Assembly: GCF_963506605.1 (NCBI RefSeq)
Contig: NC_083281.1
Coordinates: forward strand, 42,904,001 to 42,968,000
DNA: 64,000 nucleotides
Direction: 5' to 3'
Origin: Zootoca vivipara
Taxonomy: Eukaryota
Position 1 is the first letter of the stretch. The number at the start of each line of letters is the position of its first letter. A model generated the notes under the pieces. It was given only the letters and a program-made list of their open reading frames with translations, was not told the DNA's origin and made no database searches. Below, piece after piece: positions 37,261 through 49,018 of the stretch. A program made the position numbers and the translations under genes.

Positions 37261-40200
37261 ATACCCCACCCATCTGATTGGGTGGCCCCAGCCACTCTGG
37301 GTAGCTTCCAATGTATATAAAAACCATAATAAAATATTAAACATAAAAAACTTCCCTTTTCAGGGCTGCCTTCAGATGTCTTCTAAAGTAGGGCTGCCAT
37401 ATGTCTGGGTTTTCCTGGACATGTCTGGGAATCAGACTGTCAAAATGGCATCTGAGCAACAAGGGCAATTTCTTAAAAATAAAAATGCTTTTTAAAATCC
37501 CCCCAAAGACCCAAAAACTTACTTATTTTTTGGTCAACAACTTTGTCCAGATTTTCGCTTTTGGGAATATAGCAACCCCATTCTAAAGGTTGTACAGCTC
37601 CCATTGCTCAGTCCCTGCTCCTGCCAACCTAGCAGTTCAAAAGCACATCAAAGTGCAAGTAGATAAATAGGTACCACTCCGGTGGGAAGGTAAATGGCGT
37701 TTCCGTGTGCTGCTCTGGTTCGCCAGAAGCAGCTTAGTCATGCTGGCCACATGACCTGGAAGCTTCTGCCAATAAAGCGAGATGAGCGCCGCAACCCGAG
37801 TCATCCACGACTGGACCTAAGGGTCAGGGGTCCCTTTACCTTTTACCCATACAGGAGGCCCCACAATGGGCTGTGTGTCCCAGGGAGACTCCCCTCCTGG
37901 ATTGTGACAGCAGCAAGTCTGTGATGTCAGCCCACAAACATCACAGGAATTATCCCCAGCAAGTATTGTGTACCTGTGGGCACCTGACTTACAAAGTAGA
38001 TGTGCAAGGTAACGGAACAGCCTGAATTTGTGCCTCTTATCCCACAGTCCGCTGGGAATACAGTCAATCTTCTGGCAGGTAACAAAGGCTGCTTTAAAGA
38101 GTGGTGTATCTGGTGGTCAATGTTTAGTGCAGCCTTCCTCAACCTGGTGCCTTCCAGATGCTTTGGACTACAGCTCCCATCGGCCCCAGCCAACATGGCA
38201 AAAAACAGGGGTGAGAGTGGGGTTCCAAAGTCTAGTGGCTTTTGGAGGGTTCCAGAGAGGTGACTCAGCCCTTTGCCTGAGACTTGTAGAGTGGCTGAGG
38301 TGAATCATGATGATTATTATTAGAAGAGAACTAGAACCTTCTGCAAATGCTTTTGACTTTGGAGGTCATGGCTGAGGTTTCTGAGGGACAGGGCACACAA
38401 GTCTAATGAGGCTTCTATTGAGGGGCTATATTTTGCCAAAAATAATGGGGAGCGGCATGTTGGACTCTGTTTCTTCTTGTCTGTTCAGTCTTCTAGGTGC
38501 TGTGTGTGGAGGGTTGGTGAAGTCACCTGTAAGCAATCTTGCTTGCGGAGGCTTTTCCTCTTGTGATTTGGCTGCCTTTGCTTGCTGATTTGATGGTAGC
38601 ATTTCTTATACTCCATGAAATAAGGACCCCAGCTTGATCACTGACATTAACCAGAGGAGGGCATCCCGAGCCAGTCATTTTTATGATTGTTTTGTACTGT
38701 TTTGCGGCACTTTATGGTGTGTGTGTGTGTGTTGTTGTACATTGCCTTGATATATTTTATGGGAGTAGGCAGTTTATAAATATTTTAAAGAAATAAATAT
38801 TTAACATGCTGTTTTTCCACTTTGGGGGCCTTTGGGCCAAAAAGTGTACAATTTGTAATAGTAGTCATAATCATAGATTAGAGACTGAAATAACGGATAG
38901 AATTCTACAGGATGTGGTATTAGTGTGTGAAAACAATCAAGATCCAATGATCCCCAGGCATGTACCTCCAGATGATGAAGATGTCAGGCGCCATCCTGGC
39001 TCCCTGGCATCTGCATTTATTCACAAGGGGCCAATAGTCAGGTTCAAAATGCTCCTGGCTAATTTTGAACACTGGCAATAAAGCAGCAGATCCAACTAGT
39101 TTTTTAATTAATCACCCAAATGTTGCTGTTTATAAAGATCACATTGGTTTTGTCAGGGGACATTGATTTCACCAAACAAGAAGCTGTAAAGCTAAATTAC
39201 ATGTCCAATCCATAGCAGGGGAGAGTGAGACTTGGCAACAGTAGACTTAACCAGACCCAATCAGTGAGCCTGACTTGAGCTGGGATTTGACCTCTGCTTG
39301 CTCACCCTGTTCATTTTCTTCCCTCATTGCTTGACAGCTATCTAAACCCTGGAATGAGGCAGCTCAATGGGAACCAGAAGAAAGACAGAGTGCAGGTGAG
39401 TTCCAGAGTGGGGCAAGGAAAGGCCTCAGCTGTTTGTAAGCAGCTGATGCTGCTTTAAAGGATGAGCAGTTTAAAGCGGTTTTCACACACACACACAAAA
39501 CACTTTAAAAAATATTTATTGGCACATTAGGCACTGTGGAAGCAAAAGAATAAGCTTACAGTCTGGAAAAGTTACTCTCTCCGCTTGGCCCACCCACTCC
39601 AATATAGTCCAGTCTCTGAGAAGCCAATGCAGTGAAGCTAACCTGCAAGAGGGCTCTGAACTGCTCTGTTTCCCCGTTTTTAGGCTCAGTAGAAAGCAGC
39701 TTTAAGTGATTTTAAATGTTTGGTGTTTTATTATGCTTTTATATTTGTTGGAAGCCACCCAGAATGGCTGGGGCAACCGGTCAGATGGGTGGGGGGTACT
39801 ACTACGGTACTACTAATAATAATAATAATAATGTGTGTGTTTGTACACAAATTGCAATGCCTGGTGGCTGATGCAAGTAAGTTGCATCCACTGATTTTTC
39901 TCTTAAATATAGCAACAAGACCTTGAACTATCTATCACTGTTGTGATTCTACTTAGGTTGAAAGGCAAGCAGTGGTGGGGTACAGAATGGTCCACACATT
40001 GAAGATGGTGATATGAATTATATAGGTTAACCTCTGAAGAGTAAATCTGTGGAGGAAGGTCTGAATCTTGCTAAGGCTGAGTGGAACCCCTTGAGTTAGT
40101 CCCACTCACCTTACAAGGCTAAAAATCATACAATTGTAAGAATTGGAAGGGAACCACATGGGTCATCTTGTCCAACCCCCTTTAATGCAGGAATCTTTTG

Positions 40201-43200
40201 CCCAACATGGGGCTCAAACCCATAACCCTGAGATGAAGAGTTTCATGCTCTACCAACTGAGCTGTGTGTATATACAGCAAAGCTTTAGTCACCGTAGCAG
40301 CAGTATGTGCACTCAGCAAGCCAATGTGAAGGCGGCTTCTTTCTGTGTTGGTGACAACAGAAAGACCTTGTCTTAGCAGTGCCTCTTAGGAACAGGCCTG
40401 ATAAGGCCACAATGACTCACTGCTGTGTGCCATAGTTCTGGGCTTAGCGGGGAGGAGAGCAGCCCATTTAACCTGTTGTTGGCTGTCTGGTTTCAAATTC
40501 TGAGTTTGAACTCTAGGATGCATACACCTGTCAGGCTTTCCTGGGCTGCCTCTGTCTTCTGAGTTACCCCATGTCCGTCGCTTGTCAGACTTGGTCCTCC
40601 CTCCCCTCTTCTGGTCTTCCAAAAATCAGATTGTAAGGTTGCTGGGACAGAGACCCCTGTTGGTTTCTCTTTTCTGTTTATGCTTATCTGCAGAGCACCA
40701 AGAGCACGGCTGGGGATCTCTTGTTGTCAATAACAATTTTGGTGTTTCTGGTCTTCAGAGCTACCCAGTTATTCCCCAGAAGATGCCTGTTTCGACACAT
40801 TGGAAGAAGCAGGTGAACTTGCCCTGCATTATACAGTGAGTGACTCCTTGGTTTCTTCTGACAATTTCCCCTTTGGAGCAGCAGAGAAATAAAACGAATG
40901 TCCTTTGGACAGTGGTGGTGGTGGTGGGGAGTGCAGGGATTATTAGGAAAGGTTGCTGAAGACAGAGCAAGCCCAGTCCCTCACTCCAGGCCTGGTTCAA
41001 GCCATAGGGGTAAACTTCTCCACACCAAGGCTTCGTGCTGCTTTTAGCTGGTGTGTGGTTGGCAAAAATGTATAAATCTGAATTGAGTACCTGTTGGATG
41101 CAAGGTGGCTTAGAGGTTCCTGAAGCAAGAGTGGCATTAAGTGTCTTGTTGTATGTAGTTAGTGGATTTGGTGGTCGTTATTGTATACCATCAGTGTATA
41201 CAATTCATACACTGGTTCATCTTGCTCAGCATTGTCTACAGTGACTGGCAGTGGTTCTCCAGAGTTTCAGGCCAGGTTCTCTCCCAGCCATACCAGGAGC
41301 TGCCACTGGTGTTTCAACTGGGACCTTCCATATGCAACCCTGCCACAGAGCCATGCCCCTTCCAAGAGGAATGGAGAGCTTACACACACAGGTAACTATG
41401 ACAATGATGGCCCAAGCAGCCTGTCCCTTTGCTTCTCTGTTGAAGTGTTTTCCGCAATGGGGACCTGCTAAGCCCCCCCTTCCGCCTGATCCTCAACAAG
41501 AGCACCCTGCAGGAGTGGAGCGCTGTCCTCTCCATCTTGTCAACCAAGGCGAACCTGCGGACTGGGGCTGTTAGAAGGTGAGTACTTTCAACAAGCTCCA
41601 CCCTTTTTGCCTGCCTTTCACTTTCCAGCAACGAGATTCTTTAGGAAACGGACCCGAAGGTTTTTGTCTCCTAGGAGGCACCTCTGTGTGGGATTTATTG
41701 AATTCTGGGACACTGGCTATTTATGTGTTGTTTAATGCCAAAATACTTTTAAGTAGTTTACAAGTAGAAAAACCAGCTGGGAATGAGATGTTTGCAGTAT
41801 GTGGTTGCCTTTCCAAAGGTGCAGTGGTTAAGGCACTGGATAATGACCTGGGAGACCAAGGTTCAAACCCCTACTCAGTCATGAAGCTCACTGGGTGGCC
41901 TTCGGCCAGTCACTCTCTGCCTTTACCTTTTAATTGGCATTGCTAGATTCTTCCTCTGAAAGTGCCCATTCCTAGAAATATGTGCAACCAGGTTTGTTGA
42001 CTGGGGGTTACAAGCAACCACGTGGTCTGTAGAAAGAGATCTGCACTCTGTTTTATATTGGCATCACTGACATCGTTTTCCTCCCAAGGAATTCAGGGAA
42101 CTGTAATTTGGCAATTCTGCTCCAAGTCCCAGGCTGTCAACTCAACACAGTTCCCAAGGAAAGACAGTGACATTTAAACCCACATTGTTTTGTGCTTTTG
42201 GTTTAATGTTTGAATAGAATACCAATTCATCATCATCATCATTATTAGTGATGCAGAAAGGTGAAAAATTCATTCTCAAGGCTTCGTAAACATTCTGGTT
42301 TGCTAGTTTCACTTCAGATTTATAGTGAAGTTTCAGAAACCTACCTTATACCGAGGCAGACTATTAGCCCATCTAGCTCAGTACTGCCCACACTGACTGG
42401 CAGTGGCTCTCCAGGGTTCTCTCCCATGCAAAGGTTCTTTTCTGCATGCGAAGCAGGTGCTGCACCACTGAGCTATGGCCCTTCCCCATTCAAATATAGA
42501 ACTTTCTCTCCATCCTCAATCTCGTTCCCAGTTTAGATTTCCCTACCTGTTATATATATTCACTTTTCTGTCTCTGGCCAGGCTCTGCAAGCTCAATGGC
42601 GATGCCGTCTCCACTGGTGAAGATCTGGTGAGCGGCAACTACTACGTGGCGGTGGGCCTGGAGAAGTACAAAGACCTGCCCTACTTTGAATTGCTGGTGC
42701 CCCCAAAGATAACACACCAGCCAATTCGGTAGGTGGCTGAATTCACTGGGGGCCGGTTCAAGGGCCACTCCTTAGATGGCCACAAGTCCGTAAACACCAG
42801 CCCCTCCCCACTCCTTCGTGGTTGTGTTCATGCTGCTAAAACTAGTTCAGTCCCTCTTGTTCCAAACATAGCCCTTTAAAACAAAATAAAAATCATTCAT
42901 AATCATATTTGTAGGCCGCTTTTTTACAAAATAAATAATGCTCTTACAACCACAGAAACAGGAATGCATTTCAAAATCAAACAGTGCAAAAACAATGTCC
43001 TAATTACATAGTAAAGGTAAAGGGACCCCTGACCATTAGGTCTAGTCGTGACCGACTCTGGGGTTGCGCGCTCATCTCGCAATATTGGCCGAGGGAGCCG
43101 GCGTATAGCTTCCAGGTCATGTGGCCAGCATGACAAAGCCGCTTCTGGCAAACCAGAGCAGCACACGGAAACGCCATTTACCTTCCCGCTGTAGCGGTTC

Positions 43201-46200
43201 CTATTTATCTACTTGCATTTTGACGTGCTTTCGAACTGCTAGGTTGGCAGGAGCTGGGACCAAGCAACGGGAGCTCACCCTGTCACAGGGATTCGAACCG
43301 CCGACCTTCTGATCAGCAAGCCCTAGGCTCAGTGGTTTAACCCACAGCGCCACCACATAGTAAAACAACGTAATAGCAGATATAACAATGTGCCAAAGGC
43401 AACTTTTTAGCATTATAAGAATTATTATTTTAAAATAAATCTTATCTGCCCAGACCCTTTCCCTAACTAAACTTATCCCGGTGTGGGCTGCAGTGAATTT
43501 CCTGCTTCTATGATTACAGGGACCACTCAAATAGCAGAAGAATGAGCCAAAATCGAGGGGTAAGTTTTGCTGACTACCCCAGGGATGGTGCTGACCAGGG
43601 ATTCTGCTGGTTGAAGGGGGAAGGGCGGGGACAAGACTTGCAGATGGGTCAGTGTGTCATATGGTGGGTTTGGTGGTGCTCACGCAAAATAGCCAGCCCA
43701 TGTTTTTTCTCAGATATTTTATAAGAAAAATATTTTATTCTAGGTTTTCCCTTTCTGGGAAAAATCCATTTAAAAAAAGGGTTTCCAGTGACCATCTGGT
43801 AGTACCCAAGGAGATGTTAGATTTCTGCAAAACGCTTGCTTCCCTGTGTGATGTATTGGGCTAGTCCACTCCCATTTCATCAAGTAAAAGAAATCCCAGG
43901 GAAGCTAAAATCTCACATTGCTAAATCTCAGTGCATACGATTTCCTGACGTTGTGCCACAAAAGTCTGCCCTTTCCATTGCCACGGCTCAAAACCCCACT
44001 GAAATGTAGAGATGGACTTTGGTTCCTCTACTTGGAATTCCAGCCCTCTGGGTCTCCCTGTCTTTTTAAAATGAAGCAGCCTTTGGTTAAGTTAACAATA
44101 AATTTGATTAATTCACTAGTACCCTGGTGGGAATTTTGTATCTTCTTTTTTTCCAGTTACCGGTAGCTAAGCTCCACCTGGCTCCGCAAGAGGGGTCCAG
44201 TGACTCAGCACTCCTTGAACCGCCACAACAGGTAGAGAAACACAAACAGCAGCTCTGGGGAAATGGGGGCTTCTCCTCACGCTTCTCTTTCGTGTTGACT
44301 GAAAAAGGGAGCTTGTGATTACACAGTCATCAGTAAAAGTGCACAAATAATATTACTGCAAAGAACTTAACAAATACCCCTAAGGTTTGTGCAGCCTTAA
44401 AATTCATTGATGTCATATTTTTAAAAACATGTTTCTATTGTACGTATCTCTCACAATGACCCTGTGAGGGTGGGAACAGGTGATGAGGCCCACCGGGCCA
44501 GGAAGACTCCACACCCCGATTTGAGATGGTGCGTTTTCAAAGTGCAGAAATCTCCATGAGGTTGCCATCGAGTCCACCCTCTAGAGCTAGAGAGTGATGA
44601 CAAATGATGGATGTGCTGAAAGCACTTGTTCTCTGGCTACCCAAGTCTGCCATTTTATTTTGTGGGGACCCTTTCCCCAAGTTCGCTTCAGCATGAGAAT
44701 ATGGAGTGGGAAAAGTCATCCTGTGGTACAGTATGTCTTCCACCTCAGCAATTGTTGTGTGGAAACAGCCCTGTTTCTCCCTCAAACCCAATGGCCAGCT
44801 CAAAAGTGACAAGGTAGCACACATGGTTCTCTTCCCCATTGTTATCCTCACAACCCTGGGAGGTTAGGCTGGAAAGCTGTGACTGGCTCAAAGTCACCCA
44901 GTGACCAAGTGGGGATTTGAGCCCTAGTCTCCTGGGTCGTAGTCCCATGCTCTCACAACTTTTCGGTGGAAAGAGCCTAGTTGTGTCAGCAGTGAAATGT
45001 GAGTGTAGGAGCTCACAAGTGACAGCCATGGCAACTTGTACAATTGTGAAGAAACACCCGACCTGAGCATCGGCATTCATAAATGTGGAGATGGTGGGGC
45101 TCCCAGCTCAAATAAGGCACCACTCCTAGAAATAATTTTTTCCTGAGAATAAAATTGTCTCACACTTGCAGCTGAATGGAAACCCCCCACCCACCCACTT
45201 ATGAGTTTTTCTTGAATCCGGCTTGCAGATGAACCTTCGGAGAGTGCAGTCCACAGGGATTGTGCAGAAGGAAAGCAGCTGGAATCTTTCCGCAGTGACG
45301 CAGCGCAAGAAAGGCAGGAAGCACCCGCGCATGGAGAAGGCAGACTCCATCTTCCACGCCAAGCCAGGCCAGGCCAGGCATATCAGGAGGAACTCAAACC
45401 AGAATTCTGACCAAGGTAAAAAGGAAAAGGTTTTCTTGCTTGAAATCTCTGCCAGCTAAGCCAGCCCCACCAGACCTCCTTCTCTCCCTCCCCTCAACTG
45501 TCATCCTGGGGGCAGCCATTCTCTCAAGCTGCCTCAGGGGGAGAGATGGGAAGCAACAGGGATAATGTAATCAGCTTTGCTGGAGGATCATTTCCATCAG
45601 GAACCTCCTGCCCCTGAACTGTGCCAGCTGGTCAATATAGAAACAGCTATGTAGTGCCTGAGTTGTTGATTTTCCTCTCCCCTCCCTGTCCCCTTTCCCT
45701 TGCGTGTTGTGTGAATTTTTAGATAAGCCTATCTTGTTTTGATTGCATGTAAGCCACTCTGGGAGCCTTTGGGGCTGAAGAGAGTACAAATGTTATAAAT
45801 GAATGAATGTTGCACATACCGGTAATACAAAGATAGCCTCACTGGCCATTAAAAAACAAAACCCCTATGAGGGTTAATATATTCATTCAGGCCAACCAAA
45901 TGTCTTCATTGGTTGGTTTAATACGGATTGTAGTATCTGTAATACAGTAGTAATAAAGATGGTAGAATTTACATAAAGTCCAACCGCATGTAGTGTGACC
46001 GGTGTGTGTGCTGTGAAGGTTGTGGAAGGTCTCGGGTTGAGCCAGCTTGATTTAAATTTAGGCTGTGCCCCCTGAAGGTTCCATCTTCCTGTCTTCTATG
46101 AATTTGTCCTTAGCTGGTGGCAAGAACTGCGTTTTGGCGTAGTGAATTCCATTCATCGTGTGTGAGAGATGTTGAAAACTTCTCTGGAATATGACGTGGC

Positions 46201-47569
46201 TGTGTTATTCAGAAGTACCTCTTGGGTGAAATGAAAGGGTGCTCCTAATTTTAAGGTGAAAGGTCATAGGATTCCCCCCAAGTGAAGAAGACTTCAGACT
46301 TGCAGGCCATTTGTGTAGGCTGCCTTCACAACCCCATTTCCTCTAGTAAGGAAGCCTCAGGATACGAAAGAACATTTTCTCAAATTGTTTTATTTTCCTT
46401 CAGATGAAGGAAGTGTTTACAAAATAAAAGGTGCAAGGGAAGAGATACAGGATGCCCAGGAAATCAGAGATGATGAAAACACGCAAGTGGAATTGCCCCT
46501 TGACCAGGTATGAGGGGGTTATGTGGGCCTCTCTTTAGGTCAACATCTTCTGGATTTTATGAATGGAAATTGTCACCGCCGCAAGGAATCCCAGTGGATG
46601 TTGAAACTTCAGCCGGAAGAATTCACTCTCAAAATGTGTCTGGGGGAGGAGTTATGGAGAACTCTGAATATTGGGCTGGAGTCTCTTTGCCTTTTCATTG
46701 ACTTGAAGGGCGAAAGCTTTTTTAGATCTTCACCCTCACACAAGGAGCCTGTTGTTAAATTTTATGTTCCAATCGTGGCCACTATTCTAAGCAGCAGCTG
46801 GATTTGTGGCTGTGGCCAACTTATTGTACAGCCCTCTATGCAGAAGCAAGTCCCATTTTCTTCACTGGGACTTACTGCTGTATGGAGCAACAAAGCACTT
46901 CTCCAGCTGTGTGTGTTGTGACTCCTCCTGGGCCTCTTCAATTCCCTCTCTCCCTTTTTCCAGAAAGCTGCAGAGACTGTAGAAGAGGAATTTGTGCCCC
47001 AAAGTGAAGCTTTGCAACGCAGGAAGGTAAGCAGCCATCTCAGAGAAATGAGCATATTGTCTGCAGCACCTTTCACAGAAAAAAACCTATCCATAGTTTA
47101 ACCCAGTCACCTTAGAAAAGGCATTTAATCACGTGAGCACAAAATACCATTTATTCTTGCACCTGTTTCCTTTTTCTAAGATGGGTGGGGTACATCTGTG
47201 GCCCTCCACATCTTGCAGGACTCCCAGGTCTCATTGTCCCCTGCAGGCAGTGTGGCCCAATGGTCAGGAATGATGGGAGTTGTAGTCCATCAACATCTGG
47301 GACACCACAAGTCCCCCATCCCTGTTCTCTTCCTACAGCCCTCCTACTCCAGCAGTAGCACACCAGTTCAACCTTCCTTCCAAAGTCCTCTAGATACTTG
47401 TTTCAATATTTTTGGGAGACAGCACTAGCCTTGTTTTTTAATTTCTAATTCTTTATGCATCAAGAAGGTTGAGAATACTGACAAACTACAGAAGGCCCAC
47501 ACAATCCAGTGTTCTGCTGGTGACTCACAGGAAGAAGTGACAAGAAAGCCTCCTTTCCATCCGGCTTGA
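35799..47569 (+). CDS. DCDC2B: Doublecortin domain-containing protein 2B, about 421 aa; exons 35799..36076, 39338..39395, 40759..40835, 41446..41577, 42582..42728, 43520..43559, 44157..44231, 45229..45415, 46404..46507, 46964..47026, 47465..47569 (last exon uncertain)
   Basis: Two DCX domains ([21 protein letters not shown]...YVAGGFERF and [17 protein letters not shown]...[21 protein letters not shown]) and a C-terminal [25 protein letters not shown] motif. Phases are consistent; AATAAA at 47725-47730. Confidence 0.9.
37214..37260. repeat. (AGT)n microsatellite
   Basis: Uninterrupted agtagt run at the tail of an L2-like fragment. Confidence 0.95.
37389..37580. mobile_element. Non-autonomous hAT (Blackjack-like) element
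   Basis: Termini TAGGGCTGCCATAT ... ATATAGCAACCCCA; 8-bp TSD TTCTAAAG at 37381-37388 and 37581-37588; nested in an L2-like fragment. Confidence 0.8.
37597..37848 (+). mobile_element. 5'-truncated Sauria SINE
   Basis: Matches the 3' part of the copy at 57575-57926 and ends in a cctttacc tail. Confidence 0.85.
43016..43354 (-). mobile_element. Sauria SINE
   Basis: Reverse complement of the 57575 copy (gtaaaggtaaaggg tail, tRNA-like head); TSD ACATAGTAAA at 43006-43015 and 43355-43364. Confidence 0.9.
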
Positions 47570-48690
47570 AGAAACTTTGTTTCACCTGAGAAAAGACTGT
47601 GGTAACACAAAAACCCAGCAAGGCTTTTCCTAGATATGTGTGTGTGTGAGAGAGATCCTAAAACAACCACATGCTGGTTTTGTGCAATCTGCATCTCAAA
47701 TGCTTATCTTATGGATGTTCTTAAAATAAAGATGTAGCATTGGAATGCTCTCTACTTTGGAATGTACATCTGAGGATCACAGAGGTGGGCTGTGGTGGTG
47801 GGATCCAGGAGGGGGAAAGGGGTGCAGACCTCAGTGGGATTTTGTGAGACAAGTGATACTTGCAAGTGACACACACACAAATATGGGAATGGGTAAACAG
47901 GACAGTTAACATCATAGGTACCAGGGGTGTGCAAGAGAAAGTGTACATGCACTCACTTCATGTTTCCAAGGGATTTGTGCAAAAGTTGGGACCAGTAGAA
48001 TTAATCTGAGCCTTGAGAGCACATTGTGCAGGAAGCATGTGCCCAACTGCCTCCTTCAATTCAAAGTACTTTTCAAGGGAGAAAATGGTAAGGAGCCTCA
48101 TCATCTCATGATCAAGGGGGCAGTGAGCCAGGAGTTCAGGGGCTTTATGTGGGCTGGGAGACATCATTGTGGCAGTGCAAGTCAGACTGGCAAACTGTGT
48201 CTTAAAATATTTTTTTCTCAATTCCTGTTCATAGTATAACCACATTTGCTATAAAATTGATTCTGACCCAGATTTCAGATTGAAAATGTCTTGATGGTCC
48301 TGCTAGATGGTCTATACCAGTGGAGGGTGCATGCGAGTATATTGGCTTTTCAGCTTTCAATACTAATAAGTTTTGAAGGGAGGGAACTGGCACTACACTT
48401 TAGTGACCTATCTGGCTGATAGCAATCCTAGGGGACTACTGCTCTACCCCAAGGCTCCTCTTGGCTGTGTCACCCTCGTGTGCCCTCCCCATTCATTTGC
48501 TATGGGGCCCTTTCATTTCTTGGATGGATTTTTAAATTTCATTGTAAGCTGCATTGAGAACTAAGGCTGAGAGATGGTGCACAAATACAGTACATAATTG
48601 CAAGGCTTGATTTAAATATGAGGCAGTGTGGGGAGATATGTGGTGTGTTTAATAATGCAGCTCTATCTTCAAGCAAACTTATACATTAGC

Positions 48691-48876
48691 TCTGGTTACA
48701 GGTAGGTAGCCGTGTTGGTCTGGGTCGAAGTAAAATAAAAAAAAATCCTTCAGTAGCACCTTAAAGACCAACTAAGTATTTATTTTGGTATGAGCTTTCG
48801 TGTGCATGCACACGAAAGCTCATACCAAAATAAAAACTTAGTTGGTCTTTAAGGTGCTACTGAAGGAATTTTTTTA
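48691..48876. mobile_element. Penelope-like remnant forming a spacer-less 122-bp palindrome
   Basis: Arms 48746-48806 and 48807-48867 with one mismatch; 12-bp TSD TTATACATTAGC at 48679-48690 and 48877-48888; same family as 7215-7439. Confidence 0.75.
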
Positions 48877-48921
48877 TTATACATTAGCATTCACCATATA
48901 CAGTACTCTCAGTACAAAACA

Positions 48922-48927
48922 TTTATT
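48922..48927 (-). terminator. Candidate polyA signal of the transposase-derived gene
   Basis: AATAAA on the minus strand about 90 nt after the ORF stop, outside the TIR. Confidence 0.45.
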
Positions 48928-48966
48928 TAGTGTCAACAGTGCACAACACCCCTCTCGGTTCCAGAC

Positions 48967-49004
48967 TAAGGTTGCCATATTTTGAAGAACAAAAAAGGGA
49001 ACAC
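48967..49004 (-). repeat. Surviving 3' terminal inverted repeat of a hAT-Blackjack-like element
   Basis: TAAGGTTGCCATATTTTGAAGAACAAAAAAGGGAACAC resembles the Blackjack-type end TAGGGTTGCCA...AAAAGGGACA and the termini of the 37389 element; it abuts the transposase stop codon region. Confidence 0.7.
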
Positions 49005-49018
49005 ATTTGCCAACTACC

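Noticed and set aside
43121-43312. Near-identical 63-aa ORFs at 43121 (+) and 57624 (-)
   Set aside because: Both are antisense translations of Sauria SINE copies, not a gene family.
48746-48867. Second hammerhead ribozyme in the 48.8-kb palindrome
   Set aside because: The CUGANGA core strand is missing, so it cannot form the ribozyme alone.
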